Positions 37,341 through 51,915 are shown, counted from the first letter of the stretch. The stretch is DNA of 64,000 nt from Lama glama (GCA_028534125.1 CM052817.1:66652001-66716000), one strand, 5' to 3'. The notes: generated by a model not told the origin, from the letters alone. A program made the numbers and translations.

Positions 37341-38139
37341 GAATAGAGATCTACTCAATGTTTAGCAGTTTCGTAATGATTATCCTAATCTTTGTGTTAC
37401 AATTTTTGAAAGCATTTCATAAGTTTCTATAAATGTGGAAGGAGGACTCTGTACTAGGTAACATAGTCATAAACAATTTTCCCAGGAAAAGGTTTTTTTT
37501 TTTTGCTTGCTTAAACAAAGCCACATTATTTTGTGAAGACGATTTATTTAATTTTTATAGATTGCTAATTATGTAGGACTTCAGGGTGGAACTGTGTCTT
37601 ATTCATCTTTGTTTGCTTCCATGCCCTGTAACAAACAAAGCACCTTAATCATTTCAGACATTTAACACGTTCGCAGATTTTTAAATTTTCTACCCTGTTC
37701 TGCATTGTATTACTCCAGGTGTGTAACAACTCCCCTTTTCCTTGATATTCATGAAAAAAACAATTTGACCAACGTACTAACAAAGGCATTTGTGTGGGCA
37801 GTTGGTTTCTCAGGTGGCAATTAATGAAGATGGTTTACATGATACAATGTATACAACTTAATGTTAAATATTTAAAATTTCTCTTCTTAAAAGTTTTTGG
37901 TGACTTTTCTTATATGCCAGTTATTTCTGTAATCTGTAGCCTTCTGCCATGTTGTCTTATCCCTTCCTCTCCATAGTCTCTTCTTTTCTCTCTTATATTC
38001 TTTCTTGCCCATACATTTCTGCATTAAAAAAATGCGTAGCCATTTCTTGGTTTCATTGTTTCTCTCCAGCTTATACTTTAAGAGTCTCACCTTTTATTCC
38101 TAGTAAAGACAATTCCTACATAAGTAGAGCCTGGATACT

Positions 38140-38790
38140 GCCTATTAATAACCTGACATTGCAACTTTTAGAACTGCCTTTAGTACTTTTTGGAACAGTT
38201 TGGGGTATAAGTAAATAAATAAGACAAAGTTATGTATATATCACACAGAAATACGTACATATGTGCATCAAAAGAGACATATAAAAATGTTAATAGGAGC
38301 GGTATTTGCAATGGCCAAAAAGGTAGAAACAACCAAATGCTCATCAATAGTAGAATGAATAAGTAAATTATGGCAGTTTCATATAATGAAGTACAGAATG
38401 AAAATGATGAAGTACTGCTACCTACAGTGATATGGGTAAAACTCATAAATTTGATATTGGGCACAAAAAGCTGGACACAAAAGAATACATATTGTTTGAT
38501 CTATTTTAAATAAAATTCAGAAGTAGGTGAAGCAAATTAATAGGGTTAGAAATCAGTATAGTTGGGATGGTTTTTTTTTTTTTTTGGGGGGGGAAGAGGA
38601 GCATTATAATTGGTAAGGGCTTGATGGGGACTTCAGGGTGCTGGTAATAGTCCTTCTTGATATTTGTAGAGATTGCAAAAATGTGTTCACTTTGTGAATA
38701 TATATTGAGTTTATATATTATGTATACATAATATAGTTTGTATATTATACTTCAGTTATGTAGTTTATTTTTTAAAAGTTTTAAAAGTTA
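38140..38790 (+). mobile_element. L1ME 3' end
   Basis: aaacaaccaaatgctcatcaatagtagaatgaataa...gggacttcagggtgctggtaat. Confidence 0.7.
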
Positions 38791-38999
38791 ATTTTTAAAA
38801 AATATTTTAAATATTCTTATTTCTGTTTCATAGTTGAGCAAGCTAAACTTAAAAGACTGAGTTAAAAAGATTGCCATTGAATCAGAAGTGGAATGTTGGT
38901 CCAGGGCTTCTGTACCACTAGTACTGCTTTCAAAGAGGGTTCACTTAGCATCCAGGTACATAATTAAACTTTTTCTGACACTCTTTACCCTTCCCCTTT

Positions 39000-39318
39000 T
39001 TCTCTAAAAGACCATGGACATATCTTTTAGGCTTTGTGGACTATGTGGTCTCTGTTGTAATTACTCAATTCTGCCATCATGGTGTGAAAACATGTATAGA
39101 CAATTTGTAAATGAATAGGTGTGATGGTAGTCTAGTAAAACTATTTATAGAAAATGAAACTTAATTTCATTTAATTTTTACATATCATAAAGTATTATTC
39201 CTCTTTTGTTTTTTGTTTTTAACCATCCAAAAATGTAAAAACCATTCTTAGTTCCTAGGCCATACAAAAATGGGTGGCTGCTGGATTTGGCCTATGGGCC
39301 TCAGTTTGACAAACCCTG
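39000..39318. mobile_element. MER58B-like hAT-Charlie element
   Basis: ttttaggctttgtggactatgtggtctctgttgtaattactcaattctgcc...ggatttggcctatgggcctcagtttgacaaaccctg. Confidence 0.8.
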
Positions 39319-40377
39319 TTTTAGGAAGTCTATTTGCAGTGTTGATATGAATGGCAGTTTATGTCCATAATTTATGTATTTCCTTATATATGTAGGCATG
39401 CTATATTGTGAGGCTTTTTAAATTGTAACATTTCCAGCTTATTTAGCATAATCACTAATTTCATAGTTCATAGGTTAAGCTAAAAAGTGTTCTAAAGAGC
39501 AGTTTTGTCTATGGTCTCTCTCTTGTGTTTTTCATTTTTTCCCTTTGCATTTAATGAGAATAAACAAAATGTTCTGGGATAAGAACAAAAGGATTTATCA
39601 AATGTCAACAGCTGTTGAGCTATCCATCTGTCATTGAAAAAGAGTTTGATTAGCACCCTGGGGCAATCAAGCCATTTTAGCTCTGGATGTACTAGGAGAA
39701 AGAGGAAATAGAAGGCTCAGTTAACCAATGATGGGTATCACTACTGACAACATCTCATTTGGAGAAAGATTTAGATAACAAAAGAAGTAGTAATTTGAAG
39801 ATTTCTGATAAATAATCATTCTTGTGAACTGTTTGGTAAAAAATATGAAAGGAGATCATGGCATATGAAAAGAAAGAGCTGAGAAAGTTACCTGTAAGTT
39901 TCTAAATCTAAAATTTGATGGTCAATAGGTACATCATTGACTCTCAGTTGGTTTCCTGGGGCATACGTGCTGTTAATCTCCTACAAACGTGGCCCTGGAT
40001 TTTGCTCATTGAGTTTTGGCCACAGCTGAGGACAGAAACTATTTTAGCAAATGCCTGGCAGACAACCTACCACAGTGCGTGTCATAAGATGTGCTGAGGA
40101 GTGGGGTACAACCTGCCCCAGGGAGCACATGAGAGGTGGCATATATTGTCAAATTGGCACCAAGGAAATGCTCATGTTTACTGGAACAAGTGAGGATTTG
40201 GCTTGATGAGTTTATGGGATGCAAATCAAGGCAGTTAACACTTCAACTCAAACAGCAGGATAGTGCTGAAGGTCATCTAAGGGCGTACTATAGTAATAGG
40301 TGGATACAGTTGCACTCCTTTAAATGTACAGTCAAATATTCTAGTATTTAAAGTGTGATCTGAACATGGTTTAAACA

Positions 40378-40586
40378 TGTGTTTCTTGATATAGCCACTA
40401 TTGGGACTTTGGGCAGAATAGTTTTTTGTTGTTAGAATAACCTTGCATGCTTTGCAGGATGTTTATCATCCCTGGCCTCACCCACTAAGTGACAGCAGCG
40501 TCTGCTAGTTATTGGGACAACCAAAACATCTTCACATTCTTCCAAATGTGATATGGTACTACCACTCCTGGCCCAGAACCACTGGT
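40378..40586. mobile_element. MER20-like hAT element
   Basis: cactattgggactttgggcagaatag...catccctggcctcacccactaa...gacaaccaaaac...agaaccactg. Confidence 0.75.
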
Positions 40587-41069
40587 TTAAAGGATATATC
40601 TTCTGTGTCACCAGTTTTACTCACAGTGACCTTTGCCAGACTGTTTGTTGGATAGATGGCTTATACAAACCAGAGCTTGCAACAGTAGACATCTTGGCAA
40701 TAACACATAAAGATATGAAATGTTTCTTTCACCCTTCAGATGAACAAAGCAAAAAAGACACATTAAGTAAAAGATGTGCTATCCTTAAAATTAAAGAACA
40801 TTATTCTTTATTCTTTCTTTATATACAAGGCTGGTAGAGTAGGAAGTTGTGTATGACTATTTCTAGTAAGCATAGCTTTTCACTAATTTCAATACATTGA
40901 TCCTACTCTTCCTTTGTGGATGATACATGTCGTATTTGTCCTCTTTCACACGTCAGCCCTTCAGACACGTGAAATATTTATTTATGGCTTCCACAGGTAA
41001 ATTGCTTTTAGTTATTTGATTCTCATGAACTAGTACCTTATGTAAAGCAGTTTCCATACACCTCATTGT

Positions 41070-41640
41070 CCTTGTTTTCCTCTTGATACACTATAATTCA
41101 TCAGTATCCTTCTTAAGGTCTGGTGCCCAGAATTAAACCAATCGGTGCAGCTCGTCACTGTCAGGTTACAGTGAGTATTGAGGACTGTGACCCTCTTGGA
41201 TGTTAACTTCCTGTCAGTGCAAATAAAGAATTGTGTTTTAGATATCATGAATTATTATTTCTAATAATACTAACATTTCTAATGCACTTTTGGTCATTTA
41301 AGATGTCTTTGGTTGTTTTCATGGGAATTCCTGTTTCATCTTTTTCATCTTGTAGCTAAGTTATTGAGGTTTTATTCTTATGTTTCAAACCTTGTTTTAC
41401 TTTCACATTTTTTAATGTTGATTTTTAGCTTACCTAAACTTAGGAGGAATGGTTTGAGTCCTCATTATGTCCCCCTTTACATTAACGATCTCTCTTATAC
41501 GTGTGTCAAAAACAATTTTAAGCATACTTTTAACGTCTTTTTTCAAATTATCAATAAAAATGTCAAACAAGGTACAGCCAATGATAGAGTTCCACGTAAA
41601 GTCACTAGAGAACAGTCTCCAGGTTGACACTTCTAATCGG
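41070..41640 (-). mobile_element. L3/CR1 reverse-transcriptase fragment
   Basis: Peptide WRLFSSDFTWNSIIGCTLFDIFIDNL resembles the CR1 motif W..V.SGVPQGSVLGP.LFNIFINDL. Confidence 0.7.
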
Positions 41641-42169
41641 TGATCTAGTTATTATTCTCAATTAGCAAATGTTAACAGTGATTTCCTGTGAAGAGGAGGC
41701 TTGGGGAGCGGGTGAAAAATTTTAACTTTCTATATTTGTTGGTTTCGTGTTTTCCAGTGGATGTTCATTTACTTAGAGTAAAAAAAAAAAATAAGAACAG
41801 AACCTAGATATTCTTTTCTTTAACAGATTATGAGGTAAAATTTACATGCAGTGACATACAAAATATTAAGTGTACAATTCCATAGATCTTGACAAATGTA
41901 TGTCCCTTGCATAAACACAAATCTACCAAGACAGAACATTTCTGTCACTGCAGAAGATTGCCTCCCCTTAGGTATTCTAAAACTAAAACTAAAACTATCT
42001 CCTTTTCTGACAGGACTTCAGTTCTTTCTTGATGGTGCTTGTTTTACTCTTCTGATTCATGGCAATCTCTGTCTCCCCAGGCCACATCAACCTGAGTTAA
42101 AAATAAGAATTCTCAAACATAATAAAACAGTGTTTCTTTGGACTTCTTCCATTATAAGGGAAAGCTAGA

Positions 42170-45100
42170 CCAACTCAAATTCATCTGATATTTAGTAAAA
42201 TAGTAGGTTATATAATCAATAGGCAAAATCATTAGCATTCATATTTATACCTAATAACCTATGAGGAGACATAATAGGAAAGTGGATCCTGTTTATGATA
42301 GAAAAATGGAGTGAATTGAAATAAAATATCTAGGCATGAGCTTAAGAAGTATTCAGACCTGTTTGAGGAAAACTATCAGACATCTCCACAATGCACAAAA
42401 TTAGATTGGAAAAAGTGGAAAGACATACCATATTCTTGGCTACGAAGGCAGAACATCATATAAATGACAGCTTTCCCTAAGTTAATTTATGAATTTAATG
42501 TTATCCAAATGAAAACTAGAGCTACACTAGTTGGTTAAAATTTTTAATTGGAAGATCACCAATCAAACATCAGGAAGACCTTGAAAAAGAAGACAAATGA
42601 CTGGAATTCTTGTTCTAGTAGATGTTATTGCTGCATGAGCTGGACAGTCTAATGTAGTAGACAAACTAATCTAATTAGACAGTAACATAATAGAATAAAA
42701 AAGTCCAGAAATAGTCCCAAATGCTTATAGAAATTGATACGGGATAAAGATAACATACCAAAAGCAGTGCTAAAATATTGATGTTTCAATAATGATATTG
42801 GCATAACTAAATAACTATATGGAAAATGATAAAATTTGATCCTTCCTTCAACTATATACCAGGATAAATTTCAAATGTATCAGAAAAACCATGCAACTGC
42901 TAGAAAAGATATGGGGGAATTCTCTTATGATTTGCAAATGGGAAGATTTTCTTGGTTAAGATTTTAAGAAATCTAAATAAATAGGGTAATGACATAAATT
43001 TGACTACAACCAAATAAAAAAGAAATTTTGCATGAAAAAAGCTGTAAGAAAATTAAAATAATAAAACAAACTGAGAAAATCATTTGTCAATTATATTTCA
43101 GATAAAGGGTTGCCATCTCTAATATAAAAAGAGCTTCTAAAAATATAGTAGAAGACCAGTAACCCTAAGAAAAAATGACAGACATTACTAACAAAAGTAA
43201 TAATAAATGCTAATGATCCTAAATAAAATAAAAAAATTCAACTTCACCCGTGATGAGAAATACAAGTCAAAATTACACTGGTGTATAATTTCTCAACCAT
43301 CAGGAAAACAATAATAAAAAATTTGGCAGTATACTCTGTTGGCTGATGGAAATGTGGAAAGGTAGAAACTCTGTGGAGGGGAATGGGCAATATGTAGCAA
43401 AGCTGTATTTACATTTTTTTCTTTGACCCAGCAACTCCATTTCTAGGAATTTCTCTCAAATAAATGGGCATTGAAAAAGTAAAAAAGGACACATGCATAG
43501 AGCTGTTCATTGTGGAACTATTTGCAATAGAAAAAGACTCAGACAAGTTAAATATCCATCAGTAAGAAATAGTTAAATAAACTATTATGCATTCACATGA
43601 TAAAGTGCTATTCTCCTATAAAGAAGAACAAAGAATACACTGCTTTGAAATGAGCCTCAGGGTAGATAATAGTAAAAAAAATAAAGGAGAAAACTGTGTA
43701 TATTATACTTACTGTTTGTTTAAAGAAGTAAATTTTGAGGGCTTGTATTAGAAAAATGAAAGAGCAACCCACAACTAAAAGGGGAAAGTGTTATAAAGAG
43801 TAGGACTTCTCAAAAGCAATGCTGTTGAAACTTTGGACTGAATAATTCATTGCTAAAAGACTGTCTGGTGCACTGTAGGATGGTTAGCAGAACCCCTGGT
43901 CTCTGTTTACTGAGTGCCAGCAGCTCCTACCTGGATGTGACAACCAGATATTGCCAGATGTCTCCTAAGGGGCACTATTTTCTCGTTTGAGCACTGCGTT
44001 GATTGTGGAAGGGACAAAGTGCAGGTATAGAAATGGAAGCTGGACTTCTCCAAATACATATATGTAGGTTTGACTTTGAAACATGTAAATGTTTCATGTC
44101 GCTAAATAGTAAATTAATCCAAAATACAAAGCAGTTCCTAAAAATTGGGAGCAAAATGAAACAAATTGAGTTGGTAGGTTAACCACGCAGAGCAGATATT
44201 TCAAGTGACTGAAACATAATAATTTTGACTGTACAACTCTAGTAAATGTACTGTAAAGAGAAAAAGAACTGCAAAGAAATATTAAATTGTTTTTTTCAGT
44301 GATCAGTGTTAGCTATAATATTGATATTATTCTTCAGAACTCATTAATAAGTAATTAAGTTAATGCTGTTAGGAATAAACATTTTTAGCAAAAGAAACGA
44401 GACATATAAAAGTACAAACAAAAAATTAAGTAAAAACATCTTATCATAAATTTAGGTTGGAGATACTAACATGAACTCATAATATAGTTTCTCTTAAAAC
44501 AAGTGTATGCTAGTCCTGTCTGCTGAAAATGTCCCGAGACAGTGCCTTATAGTACCCAAGCTGCGGTCTTTAAACAATTCTTTCCCCATAAAAAGAAACC
44601 AGAGTTTCTTGCAGAAATGAGTGTTTCAAGTCCAGGGCAGAAAAATGTATGAAAGGAGTCTGAAGATTTTGTCATACCAGAAACTGAGGAAGCTACCAAG
44701 TCCTACTATGAATTATGACAAAAATGACATAGAAACCAAATTAAAGAGGCTTCCCCAGATAAGGAATAATAACTGTATTAGATTAAAACACTTCAAATAT
44801 GTTAAACTTCATGACTTCATAATGATACATACATATGTAAGAAAGCCTCACTGGTTACTTTTGGAGAATGTTACAGAACCAATTTATTATTCTGAAACTT
44901 GGTAAATAAAGAGAAAGTATCGAACATGTATGTGTCTTTCCTGTATGAAGAGCCTCACAGCAGCCACCTAGGTAATACAGGAATACTTTTCTTTATTGAA
45001 GCATTCCATCTAATAAATAAAGAAGCAATCAAACAACTAGAATATTCTCTTTTTCTAATCTCTGATGAGAAATATATCTAAGCAAAGACCAACAATAGCT

Positions 45101-45690
45101 GCTAAAACTATTTTAATGAAAGAATGAGACCAGCAACACCTAAACTTACAAAAAGAGGTACAACCAAATAGTATATTCTTCCTGGTAGACATGCACAACA
45201 CCAACCATGATATTTTCTTGACAAAATATTGGCATGAATCTGAACAAACTTCTATATCTAACTACTCATTTATAGGAAATATGGGAGACAGAATAATATG
45301 CTAACTGACGCCATGGGGTTGCAACCAGCAAAATCTAGAATGTGGAAAACTCTATAGAAATAACAGTCTTGTTTCTTCAAAAAAAATTGCAAGGAATTAA
45401 AGAGGGAGAGGGAATGTATGAATTAATAAAGATTTAAGAAATGTCAACCAAACAAAACATTGGGCATAGCTTAGTTCTTGATTGGGACAAATCAACTCTA
45501 AATAAAATACTAATGAAACAATTTAAGACATTTGAACATTGACTAGATATTTGATAATATTAAAAGTATTATTGTTAATTTTAAAGAAAGTAAAAATGGT
45601 ATTTTTAAATAAAAATAATATTTTTCTTATAGACATATATACTAAAATATTTATGAGTGAAATGAAATGTCTGATATATTCCAGTAGAGC
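42170..45690 (+). mobile_element. Long L1MC/MD-type element (ORF2 3' half and long 3' UTR)
   Basis: gtggaaagacataccatattcttgg...ctttgacccagcaactccatttctaggaatt...gactagatatttgataatattaa. Confidence 0.75.
43815..43995. mobile_element. MER20 inserted in L1
   Basis: gtgcactgtaggatggttagcagaacccctgg...gtgacaacc...ttgccagatgtctcctaagggg. Confidence 0.75.
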
Positions 45691-45954
45691 ACTGAAAAGG
45701 ACTACTTGTCCTGCCTCATTGGGCCCCCAGACTTTGTTTAGAATTTGTAGTTGGTATCTGAACAGCTCAGGCAAGTTGGGGTATCACATTCATACAGATT
45801 GTACTCCTTGGAGAAGATGAAAATGAAATCACTTAATGAATCTTCCTGCCTTTCTTTTATTATTCATTAACATTCTATTATCTACCTCCAGCGGGGAAAT
45901 AGACATCCTTTCTTTATTATTTCCTTGGAATTAGGTAAAAATATCCCACTTGTT

Positions 45955-46232
45955 TTCTTTTTTTTTAAATATATATAAACTTTTTTTTATTGAGTTATAG
46001 TCATTTTACAATGTTGTGTCAAATTCCAGGGTAGAGCACAGTTTTTCAGTTATACATGAACAAACATTCATTGTCACATTCTCTTTCGCTGTGAGCCCCT
46101 ACAAGATCCTGTATATATTTCTCTGTGCTACACAGTACAATCTTGTTTATCTATTCTACATTTTGCAATCCCAGTGCCTTCCCTCCCCCCATCCCCGTGG
46201 CAACCACAAGTTTGTATTTATGTCTATGAGTC
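45955..46232 (-). mobile_element. Young camelid-type L1 3' end, 5'-truncated
   Basis: ttttattgagttatagtcattttacaatgttgtgtcaaattccag...ggcaaccacaagtttgtattt. Confidence 0.85.
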
Positions 46233-46601
46233 ATGTTTCCCCAAATTTTGGGACATTTTGGGGTAAATCTTTCTAGAGCTATTTTAAGGCTTGATGTGAC
46301 TTCTGTAATGTTTGTGTTTAAAACTTTGAGATCATCATACTATTGTCTCCTTTTATTTCTCAATAGATTTTAAATCTGCAGTTCGACTATGGCCAGTATG
46401 TTCAGTATCTCCTTCCTGTGCTATTATTTATTCCAAAATGAAGAGGTCCTTTCCTACCTAAGTTTTTGTCATATCCATATCATAAACTAGTCCAAAGTAG
46501 AATGTTAATAGCAGTTTAGCATATTTGTTCAGTTTTGTGCATGAGAATATTATCAGAAAGGCAAGAAATGGGGGGGGGAGAGAGAGAATTTCTGAGGTAG
46601 A

Positions 46602-46602
<1 letters not shown>

Positions 46603-46679
<77 letters not shown>
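46603..46679. repeat. Compound (TA)n(CA)n microsatellite
   Basis: Read directly. Confidence 0.95.
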
Positions 46680-47154
46680 TTTAAAGAATTTGACTTTTAG
46701 CAGATATCCAGACTATTGAAACACTACATCACAACTATCTCTTGCCTTCATGCTGGGCTTGTAACCTGTGTCAGGGCAGTGTCACTCCTTTTTTCTATGG
46801 GGAAATCTATAATGAATCATTGTTTCTTTTTCTCCCTCATCTAAATGTTCTCCACTAGACTTGCACAATAGGGCTATGAATTAGCAAACCTTATTCTTGA
46901 GTGACATCTATATAGCTGCTGTTCAGCTTTCATTTCCAAAACCATGATCCTCACTATAAGCGGAAGCAGCAGCACTACCTGTCCCCTAAACCCTCCATTT
47001 CCTAAGTAGAGTTTTAAGATTGCTCAAGCTGAATTCCACTACCTCTTGATTATGTGAATCAGCAGAAATGAGTCCACATCCAACATGGGTTTTATATCTT
47101 GCCTGACTTACTTCAGAGCTATTTCTTCTCTATTAGATTTTAAAAAAGAATTAT

Positions 47155-47630
47155 TCCTACACATACAGTCAATTAATCCTCAATAAAGGAGGCAGAAATA
47201 TACAACGAAGAAAAGACAGTTTCTTTGACAAGTAGTGTTGAAAAAGACGGACAGCCGCATGTAAATCAATGAAGTTAGAACACTCCCTCACATCATACAG
47301 AATTAACTCAAAATGGCTTAAAGACTCAAGACAGGACACCATAAACCTCCTAGAAGAGAACACAGGCAAACATTCTCTGATATTAATCTCAGCAATGTTC
47401 TACCAAGGCAATAGAAACAAAACCAAAAATAAACAAGTAAGACCTAATTAAATTGAAAAGCTTTTGCACAGCAAAAGAAGCTATATAAAAAAAAACGAAA
47501 AAACAACCTATGAAATGGGAGAAAATATTTGCAAACAATGTGACTGACAGGGGCTTAGTTTCCAGAATATACAAACAGTTCAAACAGTTCAATAACCAAA
47601 AAAACAAACAACCCAGTCAAAAAAATGGGC
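47155..47630 (+). mobile_element. L1 ORF2 internal fragment
   Basis: Peptide [19 protein letters not shown]...[10 protein letters not shown] is L1 ORF2 C-terminal-like. Confidence 0.85.
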
Positions 47631-47849
47631 ATTGTTGATTTTGTGTTGTTTTTATTCTTTTCTTATTGTTTCCATCCTGCTCATGATTAGGTACTGCTTC
47701 CATCAGTACCTCTCTTTATTGGTCAGACTTCTGTAATTTACCAATTATTTCCTCATTTGTCAGGATCTTATGAGATTGTCATGAGGGTTAAATACAAAGA
47801 TGATAAAGCAATTTAGAGATCTCAGATTGGAGTCGCTCCTGAACCTGTG

Positions 47850-48189
47850 TATTGGCTCTTTGTATTCACCCATTCCAGATATGCAGATTTAACCAACTGG
47901 AGATGGAAAATACTTGAAAAAAAAATTCCAGAGAATTTCAAAAACAAAACTGGAATTTGCTACGCATTGGCAACTATTTCTATAGTATGTACAAATATTT
48001 TCATAGCATTTACATTGTATTAGGTATTATGAGTAATCTAGAGATGATTTAAAGTATATGGGAGGATGTACATAGATTTTATACAAATATTGTGCCATTT
48101 TACATAAGGTTCTGGAGCATCCTCAGATTTTAGTATCCTGGAGTATCCTGGAAGAACCAATCCTCTGAGGATACCAAAGAATGACTGTA
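47850..48189. mobile_element. MER2/MER2B TcMar-Tigger MITE
   Basis: catagcatttacattgtattaggtattatgagtaatctagagatgatttaaagtata...gaatgactgta. Confidence 0.85.
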
Positions 48190-48299
48190 GACTCTCTTTG
48201 GTTTTTACTATCTCCTTTACTCAAGTTTTTAAAAATTGAAGTTGTTTTCTTATGCAGATGTGCTCCTGTGTTCTCTGTCTTAATAAATAACCTATGATG

Positions 48300-48590
48300 C
48301 ACCACTTAGCCCAAGCCAAAATCTTAGACTCATCTCTATATTTCATCAATGATTAAATCTTATTAAGTTGATTTCCTTAAAAAAATTTAAAGCTTGTGAT
48401 TCTCCATTCCTCTTATTGCTACATTGGTTTGGGCACTTGCCGTTTTATTCTTGAATTATTGCAACAGGCTTCTAATTGTTTTTTAGCCTATAGAATTCTC
48501 TGTCCTGCTACCAATTCATTCTCCTCATTGGTGTTGGTAGGTGCTTTTTGGAATGTGTATCTGATCCTCTGACTCCCTTAAAATGTTAAA
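48300..48590 (+). mobile_element. L2 fragment
   Basis: cccaagccaaaatcttagactcatc...gaattattgcaacaggcttctaatt. Confidence 0.55.
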
Positions 48591-48599
48591 TAGCAATGA

Positions 48600-48817
48600 T
48601 GATAATAAGCAAACGGCCTTATTCCTGACTAGTGCAGAAATTCATCTAATGTTCTCCCATTAAGAAGAATAGCAAATTAAAGAAGCATCCAGTGAGTCTT
48701 GTTTGCTTTATTTTTATTTAAAAAAATTTTTAAATTGAAGTATAGTCAATTTACCATGTTGTGTTAGTTTCTGGTGTACAGCATAGTGATTCACACACAC
48801 ACACACACACACACATA

Positions 48818-48860
<43 letters not shown>

Positions 48861-49720
48861 TCTTTTTTAAAAAGACAATAAATACCAGACTAAATAATGC
48901 AGAAGAACAAATAACAAAGTCCTGTTTTATTGACTATTTTCTTCTTTTTTAAAATCTAGAATTGTTGTTAAATTTGGCTAAATGCCTTTTCAGCACCTGT
49001 GGAGATATTTGCATGATTTTCCTCTCCTTTGAGCTATTAATAGTTTTCATAATATTGAAGGATTTCTGCATTCCTGGAATAAAACTTACTTGCTCATCCT
49101 GTGTTTTCTTTCTACTGTACTACTGGGTTTCATTTGCCAATACATAATTTAAAATTTACATTGGTAAGCAGAGATGGGATTGGTGTGTAGTTTTTTTTTT
49201 CCTGTGTAAACTTTGTAAATTTGGGTATCAGTATTATTATCCCTGAACCTTTAAATTGAATTCTCGTTTTTCTCTCTTTTATATGCTATGAAACACTTTA
49301 AATAGCTTTGGAATTGTATGATCTTAAAATATTTAGTAGACTTCTCCTCAGAATCATTTAGGCCTGGTCCTCTTTTTTGGGATAGTTCATTTATGGTTTT
49401 TTCCTATTTCTTTGATGGAAATTGACTTGTTTAGACTTTTACATTTCTTCTTTCATCAGTTATGTTAAATTGTAATTTGCTACAAAATTCTGCATTTCAT
49501 ACTTTTAAGATTTGTTTATTGTGCAAAGTAGTCACTTAAGATTTTAAATCATTTATTTAAATTTATGGTTATTTTGCCCTTGTCATTTATTTCATTCATT
49601 TATGTTCTTCCTTTTGTATTAAGTTATTTAGTATTTAAAAAAATACTTAAAAATTTTGTCCTAGTGTCAGCTTTTTATTGATATAGTGGCTCTACTTTTT
49701 TTTTAATTTAGTTTAGTTTC
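48600..49720 (-). mobile_element. Old L1M ORF2 fragment with a small younger L1 insert
   Basis: aaatgccttttcagcacctgtggagatat...gcattcctggaataaaacttacttgctcat. Confidence 0.65.
48792..48860. repeat. Compound (CA)n-TA-(TG)n-(TA)n microsatellite
   Basis: Read directly. Confidence 0.95.
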
Positions 49721-51915
49721 TATTCTTCCTATATCATCAATTTTGAATTGCTACTTAAAGTGCACATGCTGGATGACTAGAGATGCGTGAGTTTGACTGT
49801 AATATACGTGCTGTAACACATAAAAAGATATACACTGAATAAATACTTATTGAATGGAATTTTGATCTTTTGTATATTGGAGACTATTTGAATACATTGT
49901 ATCCTTAGAAAATATACTTGATTTTTCTAGTATTCATCAGGTTTACCTTTTGTGTTGAGTGGTTAATCTGTCCTTATTTTCATTCAAATATTTTAGAAGT
50001 AATTTTTTGGGGTTAATATTTCTGGACTGGAAGATGGTAGCTTCAGTGAAAAGTTCGATTAAATTGTGGTGATAAATGTCAGCAAAAATATACAGAATAG
50101 GTCAGCCACTGTCTTCATATGATGTCTATTCTCGGGTATTTATGTCTCTTGTAGTACATGTGGTTACATTTTAGCTTTTTGCTTTGTAGTACTAGCATTT
50201 AAAGTTTTTAAGGTTTTTCTGGAATGAACTATGTTGTCTCAAACAGGTGGTTGGTATTTTAGTCTCATTCATTCAGTGGTTTCCTTAAAAATACAGATTA
50301 ATTTTTTTCTTTTTATCTAAAATTACAAAACACCATGGTAAACAGCAAAATTAAATAGTAAGAGGAATATTTCTTACAGTGTTTTTAACAGGATAAACAC
50401 AGACTTCCATAACATTTGATACTCTCCACCCTAATTCTTATTGTTATTTACTTACTCCAAGCCACTTTCACCCACAGACTTTAATTGATATGTATTTAGT
50501 AATACGTTTGAAATATTTGGAGTTGTAAGCCCCTCTTGGATGTGTGTAGTACTCTGGGCAGTCAGTCACTCTGGGTAAATTCATCTGTGGCTACTAATCA
50601 AATCAGTCCTCTGACTTTATTTCTGTCTTCTGTTGAGGTAATTCCTCACAGATTTCAGCTTTTCTCTCTTTCAGAGTTCCTTCATCTTTTGTGCATCATA
50701 AACCAAAATATAGTCTTAAGGTAACTCTCTACTTTTCAAGAAAAGTGGAAGCTAGTGATCTATTTGTTCATTGACCTTTGCTTAGAGCCATTAACACAAT
50801 ATTTACATTTAATATAATTGCATGCTCATATTGCTCACTCTTTTTTTAGTCTTTAAAAATTTCTCAAAAAATTAAAATTATTGAGTAGAGAGATTGTGTA
50901 TCACATGAAGTTTTTGTATTCTCAACAGTATTTTTAAGCTGAGATTCACTCAATTTATAACTGGTATTTGTTGATTTATAAGTGAAAATGGCTTCAGGTT
51001 TTCCTTACTCTTCTCTTCTTTTGTGAACCTGTTCAGCACTCTGTAATGAATATTTATTAATAGCTTTTAATAGTGCTGACTTGGCAGGTTTAGAGATAGT
51101 ACATAATCTCTCATCCAGTTTCTCTTTGCAGAAAAGATGGACAAAGCAAATTCTTTATTACACTTGGTGACTTATTAAAATATTTTATAAACATAAAACC
51201 AGAAATAATAAAATCATAAAACCATAAACCTGGCAATTCTTTTGAAGCATTTTTTCTATACTTGTCTGTGTCATAGTGTCATTCCAGAGAGAAAACTTAT
51301 ATTTCTTTCTTCATAGTTTACAGACGATATATCTTATCTACAATAAAAATGTTATTTTCTTTTCTTTTTAAAATTGTATTACTGGCAGAGAGTGTCTGGT
51401 CTATATTATATATATATATGGAAAAACTAGTCTTTTAGAAAGTTTATATTTTACCTAACCTAACTTCTATTTAGTTTTCGATCTATCACATAGTTTACCC
51501 AAGTATAGCTTCTGGTTTTTTTGAAATGTTTGAGAGGCTCAGTATTGTATGTTGTTTGTGGTGTATATTAGTTAAGAAAATTGCATGTACAAGAAAATGT
51601 GCCATACTTATTAATTACACTTGCTCCAGTATTGCTATGAAAACATGGAAAGTTGAGAGTAATTAGAATACTGACGTAACATATTTCATATTTTTTGCAT
51701 ATCCATTACAACTTAAATAATTTTCATTAGACATTGTCAGCCATTCTCATATTATGGATTGTATTTATCTATAATCATTCATACAAGCAACAACTGCTGG
51801 ACACTGATGCTGTCCTTATTACGTGTCACATCCTTAAAAACTCATGGCCTACCAAGTTTTGAGATATAGCTAGGAATCTTATTTGAGGATGTCTGATGAG
51901 AAAGTTATGCTGAGG

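Noticed and set aside
47689..47711. Inverted repeat aggtactg...cagtacct
   Set aside because: Short and isolated, at chance level.
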